In this document: one piece after another, positions 53,117 through 63,589 of the stretch
How positions within the stretch are numbered: position 1 is the first letter of the stretch
Layout: the number at the start of each line of letters is the position of its first letter
Assembly: GCA_963817895.1 (NCBI GenBank)
Contig: CAWFQB010000004.1
Location: 480,001-544,000 of the forward strand
Direction of reading: 5' to 3'
DNA from: an uncultured Chthonomonadaceae bacterium
GTDB taxonomy: Bacteria > Armatimonadota > Chthonomonadetes > Chthonomonadales > Chthonomonadaceae
Length of the DNA stretch: 64,000 bases
Translations under genes and position numbers: made by a program
Notes under the pieces: generated by a model
What the model saw: the letters and a program-made list of their open reading frames with translations, nothing else
Databases searched by the model: none
Told to the model about the DNA's origin: nothing

Positions 53117-54154
53117 TTATGGCGCCTTGTTCTCCCCTGACCTGTTTGCATCTTGTGGCTTGCGATAGCGGGGAAACGCTTTACGAACGTGAAATCCCAC
53201 GCTGCCATACAGGTTTTTGGCCTGCGTTGGAAACTCCGAAACGGTGTGCAGCCGAACCACGCTGACGCCCTGCCCTTGCAAAGCGCGTAATCCGAAAGCC
53301 AGCAGACCGCGCGCCAGACCGCGCCGTCGCCACTGTGGACCTACACTCACTTCGTACACTTCCCCACGCCCGCGCTCGATCTTGCACAACACCTGTCCGG
53401 CGACTTCCTCACCATCCCAGGCGACCTGCCACAAAGCCGGATCATGCCCGGATGCCTCAAAGTAGGCGCGGAACCGTTCCTCGGTGGGGTCTTCTGCGTA
53501 GCGCCCTTTCGCATACGATTCTTGAATGCTGCCCCAAACGGCGCGGTAGTGTAGGGGTGTCAGCGGACGCAGTTCCAGGCTGGCGGGCAAGTTCGGTTCC
53601 GGCATACGCGAGAAGTCGGTGAGTTCCATATCCAGAACCGTGTACGCTGCATAGTAGCCGTTTTCACATAACAAGGCGGTGGCTTCGACTTCCGTGTTGG
53701 TGGCGTTAGAGGCATATTCCCATTGACCCTGTGTGGGATGCTCGAAGGCCAGTTTTTGGATGCGCGTTTCGGCCCAGTATAGCATGGCGGTTCCAATGCC
53801 TTTGCCACGCCAAGTGGGAACCACCCAGCCAGTCGTCAGATACACCCACATGCCATCCGTCTCTGTCCACCAGTTGATCCGGCTGTACCCGATAACTTCC
53901 CCGTTGACCTCTGCGATCAGCCAATTGGAGTTGTGTCCTTCTTGAACGACTTGCGCGATCCAGCGAGCAAGGTCTTCTTGCGTCGGCGTATGTTCTATTG
54001 AGGACAGCCGATCTGTCTGGTCGTGGTCGGCGCGCTGCTCATGGACGCGAAACAACGCTTCGGCATCCCTCGCATCAGAGACATGGCGAAAGCGCAGTCC
54101 CGCGATAGCAGGAGCCTTTTCGAGAACAGGGTTCATGGCTTGAGATTGGTTCAT
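53117..54154 (-). CDS. Tandem GNAT acetyltransferase
   Basis: VVPTWRGKGIG and VGPQWRRRGLA motifs. Confidence 0.85.
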   Translation of the reverse strand: MNQSQAMNPVLEKAPAIAGLRFRHVSDARDAEALFRVHEQRADHDQTDRLSSIEHTPTQEDLARWIAQVVQEGHNSNWLIAEVNGEVIGYSRINWWTETDGMWVYLTTGWVVPTWRGKGIGTAMLYWAETRIQKLAFEHPTQGQWEYASNATNTEVEATALLCENGYYAAYTVLDMELTDFSRMPEPNLPASLELRPLTPLHYRAVWGSIQESYAKGRYAEDPTEERFRAYFEASGHDPALWQVAWDGEEVAGQVLCKIERGRGEVYEVSVGPQWRRRGLARGLLAFGLRALQGQGVSVVRLHTVSEFPTQAKNLYGSVGFHVRKAFPRYRKPQDANRSGENKAP

Positions 54155-54714
54155 ATCGCGTCTCCTGGGGTAGAACACTGCGCCTGCCACTCATGGTCAA
54201 GAATTGCATACAGAAGACCGTCCCACCACCTGCCCTTAAAAAACTCTTTCTCTCGAAAATACCCTTCGCGCTGCATCCCAATCTTTTCCAGAACGCGCGC
54301 GGAGACGACATTCTCCGCTACGCAGCCCGCCCATATGCGATGTAGATTGTGTTCTTCAAAGCCCACGCGCAGCATTTCGCGGGCCGCTTCAGTGGCATAG
54401 CCACGTCCCCAATATCGGCTGTCGAGTTCGTAGCCAATATTGCCTTCACGTAAAGAAATATCATTGACGCGCAGACCACAATTGCCAATCAGCTTTCCGC
54501 TTGTTGGAAGGATAATGGCGAGTTGAAATTTCGCGCGCGGCTGTTCATGTTGCTGAGACACAAACCTGCCGACGAACTCACGCGCTTCCGTTTCGGTAGG
54601 TTGTTCCCAGGCGTGATAGCGTGTGTAAAGGGGATCAGACTGGTACGCCTGAACGGCTTTCCAATCCTCTGCCACAAACTCGCGCAACAGCAGTCGGGAG
54701 GTTGTCAATTGCAT
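54151..54714 (-). CDS. RimJ/RimL-type GNAT acetyltransferase
   Basis: T.RLLLRE, IGY...YWGRGYATE, N..SARVLEKIGM. Confidence 0.9.
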   Translation of the reverse strand: MQLTTSRLLLREFVAEDWKAVQAYQSDPLYTRYHAWEQPTETEAREFVGRFVSQQHEQPRAKFQLAIILPTSGKLIGNCGLRVNDISLREGNIGYELDSRYWGRGYATEAAREMLRVGFEEHNLHRIWAGCVAENVVSARVLEKIGMQREGYFREKEFFKGRWWDGLLYAILDHEWQAQCSTPGDAI

Positions 54715-54906
54715 GGCTTACCGCTCTCCTTCCAATTCTCCAACAACTCCTCTGGATTTAAGGGTTTCTTTTTTGTCGCGCGCTTGTGGATAGATGCTAA
54801 AGGGATATACAATCAGAGGTGACTATCGAGATGCAGGCACAGGCGATAAGATTCTCGCCTGTGACTGCGAACAAAATGAGAAGCGGGCCTTGTGGAAGCC
54901 TTGCTG

Positions 54907-55905
54907 TCAGGGCCGTTTGGGAACAAGGCTGTCAATGCGCTTGAGTTCTTCCTCTGTGAAAGTAATGTTGCTCAGGGCAGCGACGTTTTCCTCGATCTGC
55001 TGCACACTGGATGCGCCGATCAGCGCGCTGGTGATACTCGGCAGGCGCAAAATCCAGGCCAGCGCCATCTGCGCCAGGGTTTGGCCGCGCTCTTTCGCAA
55101 GGCCGTTCAAACCGTTGAGCGCGGTTTTCTTTTCCGCGTTGAGGTTCTTCTCCACCCACTCCGCGCCCCATTTCTGCGCCGCGCGGCTTTCGGCAGGGAT
55201 GTCGCCGCCCAGATACTTATCCGTGAGCAGACCCGATGCGAGAGGACAAAAGGGAATGACACCCGTTCCCGCCCGCTGTGTCTGCGGCAGCAAATCCCAC
55301 TCGATCCCGCGTCCGAGCATGTTGTAGTAGGGCTGATGAATGGTGATAGGCGCAAGGTTCATGCGTTCGCAAACACGAACGGCCTCCGCAAATTGCGTGC
55401 CGCTGTAGCTGCTGACGCCGATGTAGAGCGCTTTGCCCTGCTTCACCAGATGGTCGAGGGCTGCCATCGTCTCTTCGAGGGGCGTATCCGGGTCAGGACG
55501 ATGCGAGTAGAAAATGTCGAAATAGTCCACGCCCATGCGCTTGAGGGACTGGTCGCAACTGGCAATCAGGTACTTTCGGCTACCCCACTCTCCATAAGGG
55601 CCAGGCCACATGCGGTAGCCTGCCTTGCTGGAGAGAATGAGTTCGTCGCGGGGCATCTCCTGGATGATCCTGCCGCAGACGATTTCTGCGTTTCCAGGTG
55701 GAGTGCCGTAGTTATTCGCCAGGTCAAAATGCGTAATGCCCAGGTCGAAAGCGCGATACAGGCACTCTTTCGCCACCTCCGCGTCCCGGTACCCGCCGAA
55801 CGTTTCCCAGGCTCCGAGGGAAATGGCGGGCAGCAACAAGCCGCTCCTGCCGCACCGCCGATACTGCATCGTGTCGTACCGATCCGCCGCCCATTGCTCT
55901 GTCAT
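54907..55905 (-). CDS. yghZ: Aldo/keto reductase, L-glyceraldehyde-3-phosphate reductase type
   Basis: MQYRRCGRSGL.LP.ISLG, FDLANNYG.PPG.AE, KAGY.MWPGPYGEWGSRKYL. Confidence 0.85.
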   Translation of the reverse strand: MTEQWAADRYDTMQYRRCGRSGLLLPAISLGAWETFGGYRDAEVAKECLYRAFDLGITHFDLANNYGTPPGNAEIVCGRIIQEMPRDELILSSKAGYRMWPGPYGEWGSRKYLIASCDQSLKRMGVDYFDIFYSHRPDPDTPLEETMAALDHLVKQGKALYIGVSSYSGTQFAEAVRVCERMNLAPITIHQPYYNMLGRGIEWDLLPQTQRAGTGVIPFCPLASGLLTDKYLGGDIPAESRAAQKWGAEWVEKNLNAEKKTALNGLNGLAKERGQTLAQMALAWILRLPSITSALIGASSVQQIEENVAALSNITFTEEELKRIDSLVPKRP

Positions 55906-56216
55906 AATCTCACTTCCTTTGCGCGCTTGCCGATTCGTCCCCTGCCTGTATTGCTCGAAGGGATCACCAGCCTATTTTGCGCTCGATTTTTATTTTCCTT
56001 CTGTCTGTTAGAGATGGGGATGCAAAAGTCCTCCACTTTCAGACCTCTATCTTAACAGCCTGGTTCTCTTTGTGCCGGGCAGTGACGCCATTAAAATTAA
56101 GATGCGGGGACTGTGGCCTGCAGGCGACATGGGGAAGCGTTCAATTGGCCCAAGGTTCCATCTGGCGGCACTCGCTGACAGAGGGGGACAAGCCGTTCGC
56201 CTTTAGGCGACGGTAG

Positions 56217-56456
56217 TTGACTCTTTTGTTACTGTTCTTTATCCTGTTCTACCGGTTTATGCCAGCGCAGGCGCAGGAAGCGCCTGTTTATACAGAGCCA
56301 TTGGGTATCGCGCTGGAATCCTATCCCTATCCATACTCTGTCCACTCCCTACTCTTGACGATTGAGGGGCAATCTGTCCGCATGGCCTACATGGATGTCG
56401 CCGCCACAGGAGCGGGCAATGGACAGGCTGTTTGGGCAACTATCCGCTTATCATAG
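56217..56456 (+). pseudogene. N-terminal fragment of a secreted alpha/beta hydrolase
   Basis: LGIALESYPYPY.V..L....GQ..RMAYMDV; stops before the catalytic core. Confidence 0.55.
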
Positions 56457-56466
56457 AAGGAGAAAT

Positions 56467-56501
56467 ACAACGCGCCGGAGAAATGTTCTCCGGCGCGTTG
56501 T
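56467..56501. terminator. 16-bp perfect hairpin
   Basis: acaacgcgccggagaa-atg-ttctccggcgcgttgt. Confidence 0.5.
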
Positions 56502-56689
56502 GCTATGCGGCGAGTTGATGAACACAGGACGAGGAGGGGCGAGAGCGACTCCATAATTGAATCAGCAGATCGAAGAAAACGTCGCTGCCTTGAGCAATCT
56601 TGCCTTCACAGCAGAACTCAAACGCATTGACAGCCTTGTTCCAAAACGGCCCTGACAGCAAGCCGTCGCGCTGAAAGTTTATAGAGGAA

Positions 56690-58465
56690 GTGCCTGTGAG
56701 CGATGAACGATTCCGCCTTTTATTTGAGAACAGCCTGGATGCGATGGTGCTTGCCGACGATCACGGCAGGTATCTGGATGTGAATCAGGCCGCCTGTGAC
56801 CTGTTTGGATACTCGCGGAAGCAGATGCTTGCTATGAGCGTTGGCGACTTGATGACCCTGCAATCCCCCGAAGCCGCAGAGCGCTATCAGGCGTATCTCC
56901 AGTCCGGCCGCGAAGTCGGAGAGTTCCCCTTCAGGCGAGCGGGCGGCGAAGCGCGTATCGCCTCCTATTCTGCCTGCCGCCTCGATCAAGGCCAACACCT
57001 CAGTATGCTGCGCGACATTACACAGGCCAGGCGCGCCGAACAGAGACTCAGGGACACGGAGCAGGAACGCGCGCATGTGCTTTCCAGCGCGCGTTGTCAG
57101 TTGTGGTATGCCGACATCACAGACAGCGACCATCCCGATCAACTTTTTTGGGACGCCCACTTTGTGGATGTGGAGGCCGCGCAGCGCTTCTTACCCCTGA
57201 ATATGCAGCCAGGCGAGTCGTACCAGGATGCTCGCCGCCGCGCAAGGCTGCCGGAAGATCGGGAAACGAGCGACCGCGCGGGAACCGCCTCCATTCGCGC
57301 CGGACGCAGTTACGAACAGGAGTTCCGTTGCTATGCGGCGGATGGAACCATTCACTGGCTGCACGAAGACATTCGCGTGGAAACGGTCGTGGAGGGCAGA
57401 CAGTGGACAGCCGTAGGCGTCTGCACCGACATCACGGCGCGTAAGCAGGCGGAACAAGCCTTACAGCAAAGCGAAGCGCGATTCCGCTCCTTAATCGAGA
57501 ACGCGCTGGACATTATTAGCATCATGGATGCCGAGGGGATCATCCGCTATCAGAGTCCGGCTCTGGAACAGGTACTGGGTTACACTCCCGATGAGTTGAC
57601 CGGCAAGTCTGCTTTTGGTTTCGTTCATCCTGACGATCTGCCCACGCTGGTAGCCGCCTTTTTACGCATCCTTTCCAATCCCGGCGTCACCGTTGCGACA
57701 GAGTACCGTTTCCGCCACACAGACGGCTCATGGAGGTTGCTGGAATCACGGGGCAGAAATGCCTTTGACAATCCTGCCGTATCCGGCGTGATTATCAATT
57801 CCCGCGACATCACCGAACGAGCGCAGTACCTTCAAGAGATCGAGAGCCTGAATTCCCGCTTGCGGCGCTCCATTCAAGAAACGCACCATCGGGTCAAGAA
57901 CAACCTGCAAATCATCTCCGCGCTGGCAGAATTGCAAACCGAAGAGGGCGAGGATACCGTTCCCGCAACAGCGATGAAGCGTATCGGGCAGCATACCCGT
58001 TCGCTGGCGGCGATTCACGATCTGCTCACCCATGAAACCAAAACCGACGCGCACGCCGACAGCATTTCCATCAAAGCGGCTCTGGATAAACTTATGCCTC
58101 TGCTGCAAGTCACCACCGGCGGGCGGCGCATCCAGCGCGTGGTTGAGGATTTCCGCCTGCCCGTGCGGGAAGGAGCCTCGCTTGCTCTGTTGGTATCGGA
58201 ACTTGTCAGCAATGCCGTCAAGCACGGGCATAACGAAATCGAAGTGTCGCTGACGGTAAAGAGAGACAGCGCCTGCCTGCAAGTAAGTGATGATGGGCCG
58301 GGATTTCCCCCGAACTTCGATTGGCGTAAGGCCGCGAATACCGGACTTGGATTGATTGACAGCACAGGTCGGCACGACCTTCGCGGCAGTATCTCATATC
58401 AGAATCGCCCGGAAGGCGGCGCGCGCGTCGTTGTAAATTTCCCCATCCCTCAACAGGCAGGCTGA
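56690..58465 (+). CDS. Multi-PAS sensor histidine kinase (HisKA_2/HWE type)
   Basis: Three PAS/PAC segments, ETHHRVKNNLQ, ELVSNAVKH, DDGPG. Confidence 0.9.
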   Translation: MPVSDERFRLLFENSLDAMVLADDHGRYLDVNQAACDLFGYSRKQMLAMSVGDLMTLQSPEAAERYQAYLQSGREVGEFPFRRAGGEARIASYSACRLDQGQHLSMLRDITQARRAEQRLRDTEQERAHVLSSARCQLWYADITDSDHPDQLFWDAHFVDVEAAQRFLPLNMQPGESYQDARRRARLPEDRETSDRAGTASIRAGRSYEQEFRCYAADGTIHWLHEDIRVETVVEGRQWTAVGVCTDITARKQAEQALQQSEARFRSLIENALDIISIMDAEGIIRYQSPALEQVLGYTPDELTGKSAFGFVHPDDLPTLVAAFLRILSNPGVTVATEYRFRHTDGSWRLLESRGRNAFDNPAVSGVIINSRDITERAQYLQEIESLNSRLRRSIQETHHRVKNNLQIISALAELQTEEGEDTVPATAMKRIGQHTRSLAAIHDLLTHETKTDAHADSISIKAALDKLMPLLQVTTGGRRIQRVVEDFRLPVREGASLALLVSELVSNAVKHGHNEIEVSLTVKRDSACLQVSDDGPGFPPNFDWRKAANTGLGLIDSTGRHDLRGSISYQNRPEGGARVVVNFPIPQQAG

Positions 58466-58473
58466 TCTCTAAC

Positions 58474-58503
58474 GTGGCAGGCAGGGAACTCCCTGCCTGC
58501 CAC
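58474..58503. terminator. Hairpin between convergent genes
   Basis: gtggcaggcaggga-ac-tccctgcctgccac. Confidence 0.6.
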
Positions 58504-58525
58504 ACATGAATCGCGGCCAGATTTT

Positions 58526-59886
58526 CTATTCGGCAGCCGCCAGCGATCCCATGGGATGCCAGGGCGGAAGGCCAATCGGTTCCGTGTCCAGCAGGGCCAG
58601 CAGTTCAGGCGCGACGTACTGCTTTTCCACCACAACCTCATAGTTGAACTGATCGAACCAGGCGTCGGTCATCAGCATAAAGCCCTTGTCGCCGTTCTTG
58701 TCGCCCCAACTGTTTTCCACGCGCCATTTGCGGGGCTGTTCGCTGTCATCCAAATCTACGCCCGTGAACACCATCGCGTGGGTCATCAGGCTTGCGCCGT
58801 AATCCAGCCGCTCGGCTTTGGTCATGTGGAAGGGAACGCCGTACACGCCCTCGAAATCGTACAACTCCGTATCCATCAGGCCCAGGTCGCGGTCGAACAT
58901 CTTGCCCACATCGCAGCCGAACCAGACAGGCTTGCCGTCCTTAATCATGGCGACACTGGCCTTTTTCAGCACGTCCATCTCGACATTCAGATAACGAACC
59001 CCATGCCCGCCGACCACATTGCCCAGATAGTTGACCGTGTACATGGTGTTGTAAGGGGTTTCCTGCGTGGGGCAGTGGATCAGGCAGACCATCGAATCGA
59101 GGTCAATCGGCACGTATTTTTCGCGGAACTGCTGCGGCGTCAGGGTTCCGTCGCGATGGAACTCTTTGTCCTTGTCGCGCCACTGCCACTGGAAGTCGGT
59201 CGGCGGCTCGCCTAGATGGATGCACAGCATGCGGTACACTTCCGAAAGCATCTGCGTTTTCTGCGCGCGCAGTTCGTCCAGATCCAGCCCCTCCCGATGC
59301 GCCCCCGCAGCCGCGCCGCGTATTCGCGCAGTTTGTTGGTGATGCGGTCGTTCATGATATGGCTGGCGCTGCTGCTTTCGGTTTCCGGCATGGCCTCTTT
59401 GGGAACTACGCCGTACTTCTTCACCAGATTGACGAACATATCCCACTGCCCGCCGTCCTGTATGGGCGACTGCATCAGCCACGCGATCAGGCGGCTGTCC
59501 GCGTCCTCATGCAGCGTACCCAGAATGCTTTCCAGAAAGAAATTGGATTTTTCCAGTTTATCCCACAGAAAAAGATAGTTCTGCGACAGCTCGAAGTCTT
59601 CCAGATTCATGATTTCCGCCGCTTTCATGCGGAACAGGTTCAGTCCGGCGAACATCCAGCAGCGCCCGCTTTTGTTCTGGCTCGTCGCCGCGCCCGCTTT
59701 GACCAGATGCGAATACGTGTGGTTGGCGCGAACCACAGCCTTCCGATTCATGGCAATCTGCTTCAGCGGGGTTTTCGTCACCGCGTTGAGCGCGGCCTGA
59801 TGCTGCGGCTCGGCGGCAAACGCCGCCTGAAACTGCGCCAGTTCTTCCGTTCCAATCCCATGCGTGGCTCTGACAAGAGTATCCAA
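58526..59886 (-). CDS. pepC: Aminopeptidase C / bleomycin hydrolase (C1B), frameshift near 59305
   Basis: QNKSGRCWMFA, DGGQWDM, THAMVFTGV, WRVENSWG. Confidence 0.9.
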
Positions 59887-60142
59887 AACGTTCTCCTTTT
59901 TTGCGTGCAACGATGATTGTTGTAATTCGACGCGCAGGTACTGGATTCCTTACATTATGCGGTTCGCGCAAAGAATATACTGCCGAAGTTTGGAAAGTTC
60001 TCCCCTGTATCGCTGGAATCGCCGCAAAATTCCCCTGAGCAACCCTCTGCAAACTGCCACAATTACCGGTGTAGGCAGTCGCCGACTGTCCCACAGACGT
60101 ACACCCTGAACCCTCGTTATTTCCCGCTTCTGGAGATTTGCT

Positions 60143-63100
60143 ATGCGAAGTCCCTTCCCGCTGTCCGGCTGCGCCCTGTCGGTTGCCGTTCTTCTTACCG
60201 CGACCCCGGCGCAATCAAAGCGCGTATCGCCGTCCGCCCACATCGCGTCGCGCAATGCGTCCGTCAGCGCGGACGGACAAACGGACGCGCCGGACGATGA
60301 AACCCCCGAAGAGCGAACCGCCCGGTTAAAAAGAAGGGCTGCGCAAAATCAGAAACAACAGCCCGATAAAAAGACGCTGCCGGAACGCGACCCACTGCCC
60401 AACGAGCAGCCGGAAGATGTGCCGGAGGATACAACCGATTCTCCCGACGCGCCCAAATCCCACACTCGCCGCAATTCCGATGCTGATAAATCCGGCAAAA
60501 AGAAGAAGATGGATACGACTGTGGAAGCGAACGATGTGGACGAGGAAGACAACACGCCCCTGCGCAACGCTCCTGGCGCATTGCGCAAAAAAGCGCAGCC
60601 CCTTGAACTGTTCGGCTACTCCTACTTTACGCAGGCGCGGGAAACCATTCAAATACGCCGCAACACGCTGCGCCAGTACGCAGGGAATGGGCAGGCGGGC
60701 GTTGCCGGCATGAGTGGGAAACGCGACAGCGGCAAAGAAATTTCCACTTCAAACTCAAGGGGCGAGGAAGCCACTCAGAACCGCAATTCAGGCGAACGTA
60801 ACGGGCGCGAGTTGGGACAGGACAGAAGCGGTCAGGAAAAATCCGGGCGGGACGGAATTGGACAGGACAAAACCGGTCAGGAAACGGACGAGCAGGGCAA
60901 GGAAAACGCCTCCAATCGGAAACATTCCAATTCCATTGATGCCCGCCAGAGTATTCTTGGCCCGGACGATATGCAGGCATTGAATGTGTTCGCGCCTGCC
61001 CCCGAACGCTACCAATTGGGCGCGGGCGATACCGTCACCATACGCTACTGGAGCCGAACGCTGGAAGCGACCGAAGCAACCCTGACGGTAGACGCGGGCG
61101 GAACGCTGGCCCTGCCGAGCGGCGACCGCATTGTCGCGCGCGGCCAAACGGCGTCACAGGCGCAGGAGGCCATTCGCGCTCATCTTGCCCGCAAATTCCG
61201 CCAGATACAGGTGACGCTTGCCCTGAAGGAGCTGCGGACGATTACGGTTCTGGTGACGGGCGAGGCGTATGCCCCCGGTTCGTACCAGATGCCAGCAACG
61301 GTTACGCTGTTCAACATGCTGTACGCCTGTGGCGGCGCGAGCGAGCGGGGAACGTTGCGCAACATTCAGGTGCGCCGCACAGACGGAACCACGCGCCCCT
61401 TCGACTTTTACCATTTTCTGCTGCGCGGCGACAGCAGCCAGGACACGCCCCTGCAACCCGGCGATGTGATCTTTATTCCCCCCTCAGAAACCCGCGTTTC
61501 CGTGACGGGTGAAGTATTCCGTCCCGCCATTTTTGAACTGCTGAAAAATGAAAAATTGCGCGACGCGGTTGGCTTCGCGGGCGGCGTGAAACCGTCCGGT
61601 ATCGCGCAGCGCGTGTCCGTGCAATCGGTACAACCCGGCAGCGAGCATCGGCTGGTAGACGCCAACCTGAATTTGCAGGATGCCACCAACAACCCCACTC
61701 TCTATGATGGCGACATTGTGGAATTGCTGAGTATCCGCTCGCAAATCGCCAATCTGGTCAGCGTGGAGGGCGCGGTAGACCAGCCGAGCCGCTACGCCCT
61801 TGCGCCCAACATGACCGCCGCCGACCTGATAGACCGGGCGCGCGGCCTGCGCGATGATGTGTATATGCTTCGCGCCGACCTGTTTCGCGCCAATCCCGAC
61901 AACACGCAAAAACTGGTGTCGCTTGACCTGACCAAAGTTCAGAAACGCGAACCCGGCGCGAACCCTGTTTTGCAGCCCCGCGACCGGCTGGTTGTGTACA
62001 GCGCGAGTGACGTGCAGTTTATGGGCTTTCGCCGCGTGACCGTGAAGGGCGCGATCCGCAAACCGGGCGCGTACTACCGCGCCGACAACATGCGGGTTGG
62101 CGACCTGCTCTTGCAGGCGGGCGGGCCGCAGCCGGACGCTTCGCTCCGACAGGCGTTTTTGCAGCGGCGCAACGACGACGGCACGTATGGCCCCCTTGTC
62201 AAAGTGGATGTCGGCAAGGCGCTTGCGGGCGACGGCGCGGAAAACATCGAGGTGCAGGATAGGGATACGCTCACGCTCTTCACGCTCAAGGACGCGCAGT
62301 TCACGCCCGAATCCAGCGTGGAAATTTCCGGCCCGGTGCAGCGCGAAGGCAAGTACACGCTTGCCGCAGGCATGAAGTTGAGTGACCTGCTTCAATTATC
62401 GGGCGGCGCGTTGCCAAAAGCGGGGGAACGTATCGAAATCGCCCACGCCCACGCCGAGTCCGGTATGAAACCGCTTGTAGTTGCCTTAGATATGCGAACG
62501 AAGCAGTGCAGCGATGATCCGGTTTTACTGCCGGGCGACATCGTGATTTTGAAAGCGCGGGGCGAGTACGAGGACAAACCTCGCATCGTGCGGGTGTACG
62601 GCGCGGTGGATCGTCCCGGCCCTGTGATATTGCACACCCGCTCCATGCGCCTGAGCGATGTTATTAAGGAAGCGGGCGGCTTGACGACAGATGCGTACAT
62701 GCCGGGAAGCGAATTTACGCGCAATTCCGAAATGCTGGAAACGGGGACGCAGAAACAATACGCCCTGCTCATCAGCCATTTAATGGACGGCCAGAATCAA
62801 GCCGAGTACAAGCGAGAAATGGCAAAGGCGGATATGGAACGATTGAAATCCGTCAACAGCGCGTCCAAAAGCGACTTTCCCATCAGTATCCCCGGATTAA
62901 CCGGCGGCGCGGGAGACGGGGCCACAACCGCCGCCGCTAGTTCCAAAACGCTGGACAAACTGCTCAGTCAGGATTTGGTTTCCACGCCCCGCGTCCTATC
63001 CGCGCAGGATTTGGAGCCGAAGGGCAACGTGTTTGTCAACCTGACGGGCGCGATGCAGAAACCGGGCGGAAACGATGATCTGGTGATGATGGACGGCGAC

Positions 63101-63448
63101 GTGATTACCGTTCCCACCAAACCCTCGACCATTCAGGTTGTCGGCGGCGTCACCCAATCCCGCGCCGTTCCGTTCCAGCAGGGCGCGACTGCCGAGTATT
63201 ACGTCACTTCAGCGGGCGGTTTCGCCCCCGATGCCGCCAGAGACCACATCATCGTCATCCGGTTGGGCGGTGGCCTGATGCCGCTCAACAAAGTCCATGC
63301 CCTGCTGCCGGGTGACGTGATTATGGTTCCCACAAAGGTACAGGCCGAGCAGTTGAGCAAGCGTTCCAACGGCGTAGACAGCTTCTTCAAGTCGCTCACC
63401 TCCTCGTCGCTGTTGTTCTTCGGCGCGAAGAAATTGTTGGGGTTTTAG
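60143..63448 (+). CDS. Polysaccharide export protein with multiple SLBB domains (Wza/KpsD-like)
   Basis: Signal peptide, LFGYSYF, YQLGAGD, repeated G.V..PG.Y...LSDL...AGG. Confidence 0.85.
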   Translation: MRSPFPLSGCALSVAVLLTATPAQSKRVSPSAHIASRNASVSADGQTDAPDDETPEERTARLKRRAAQNQKQQPDKKTLPERDPLPNEQPEDVPEDTTDSPDAPKSHTRRNSDADKSGKKKKMDTTVEANDVDEEDNTPLRNAPGALRKKAQPLELFGYSYFTQARETIQIRRNTLRQYAGNGQAGVAGMSGKRDSGKEISTSNSRGEEATQNRNSGERNGRELGQDRSGQEKSGRDGIGQDKTGQETDEQGKENASNRKHSNSIDARQSILGPDDMQALNVFAPAPERYQLGAGDTVTIRYWSRTLEATEATLTVDAGGTLALPSGDRIVARGQTASQAQEAIRAHLARKFRQIQVTLALKELRTITVLVTGEAYAPGSYQMPATVTLFNMLYACGGASERGTLRNIQVRRTDGTTRPFDFYHFLLRGDSSQDTPLQPGDVIFIPPSETRVSVTGEVFRPAIFELLKNEKLRDAVGFAGGVKPSGIAQRVSVQSVQPGSEHRLVDANLNLQDATNNPTLYDGDIVELLSIRSQIANLVSVEGAVDQPSRYALAPNMTAADLIDRARGLRDDVYMLRADLFRANPDNTQKLVSLDLTKVQKREPGANPVLQPRDRLVVYSASDVQFMGFRRVTVKGAIRKPGAYYRADNMRVGDLLLQAGGPQPDASLRQAFLQRRNDDGTYGPLVKVDVGKALAGDGAENIEVQDRDTLTLFTLKDAQFTPESSVEISGPVQREGKYTLAAGMKLSDLLQLSGGALPKAGERIEIAHAHAESGMKPLVVALDMRTKQCSDDPVLLPGDIVILKARGEYEDKPRIVRVYGAVDRPGPVILHTRSMRLSDVIKEAGGLTTDAYMPGSEFTRNSEMLETGTQKQYALLISHLMDGQNQAEYKREMAKADMERLKSVNSASKSDFPISIPGLTGGAGDGATTAAASSKTLDKLLSQDLVSTPRVLSAQDLEPKGNVFVNLTGAMQKPGGNDDLVMMDGDVITVPTKPSTIQVVGGVTQSRAVPFQQGATAEYYVTSAGGFAPDAARDHIIVIRLGGGLMPLNKVHALLPGDVIMVPTKVQAEQLSKRSNGVDSFFKSLTSSSLLFFGAKKLLGF

Positions 63449-63459
63449 AACAATATCCG

Positions 63460-63577
63460 GCCCGTAGGGACACAACTTGTTGTGTCCGCATTGGCGGATT
63501 GTGTCCGCGTTGCTCTCTGCCGGAGGAGGACACAACCTCTGCCGGAGGAGGACACAACAAGTTGTGTCCCTACGGGC
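63460..63577. repeat. GTAG-family REP doublet (REPIN-like)
   Basis: gcccgtagggacacaac..gttgtgtccctacgggc with an internal tandem ctctgccggaggaggacacaac. Confidence 0.8.
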
Positions 63578-63589
63578 GTGTTTTGAAGG

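Noticed and set aside
56004..56060. Weak inverted repeat CTGTTAGAGAT..ATCTTAACAG as a MITE
   Set aside because: Too short and mismatched to distinguish from chance
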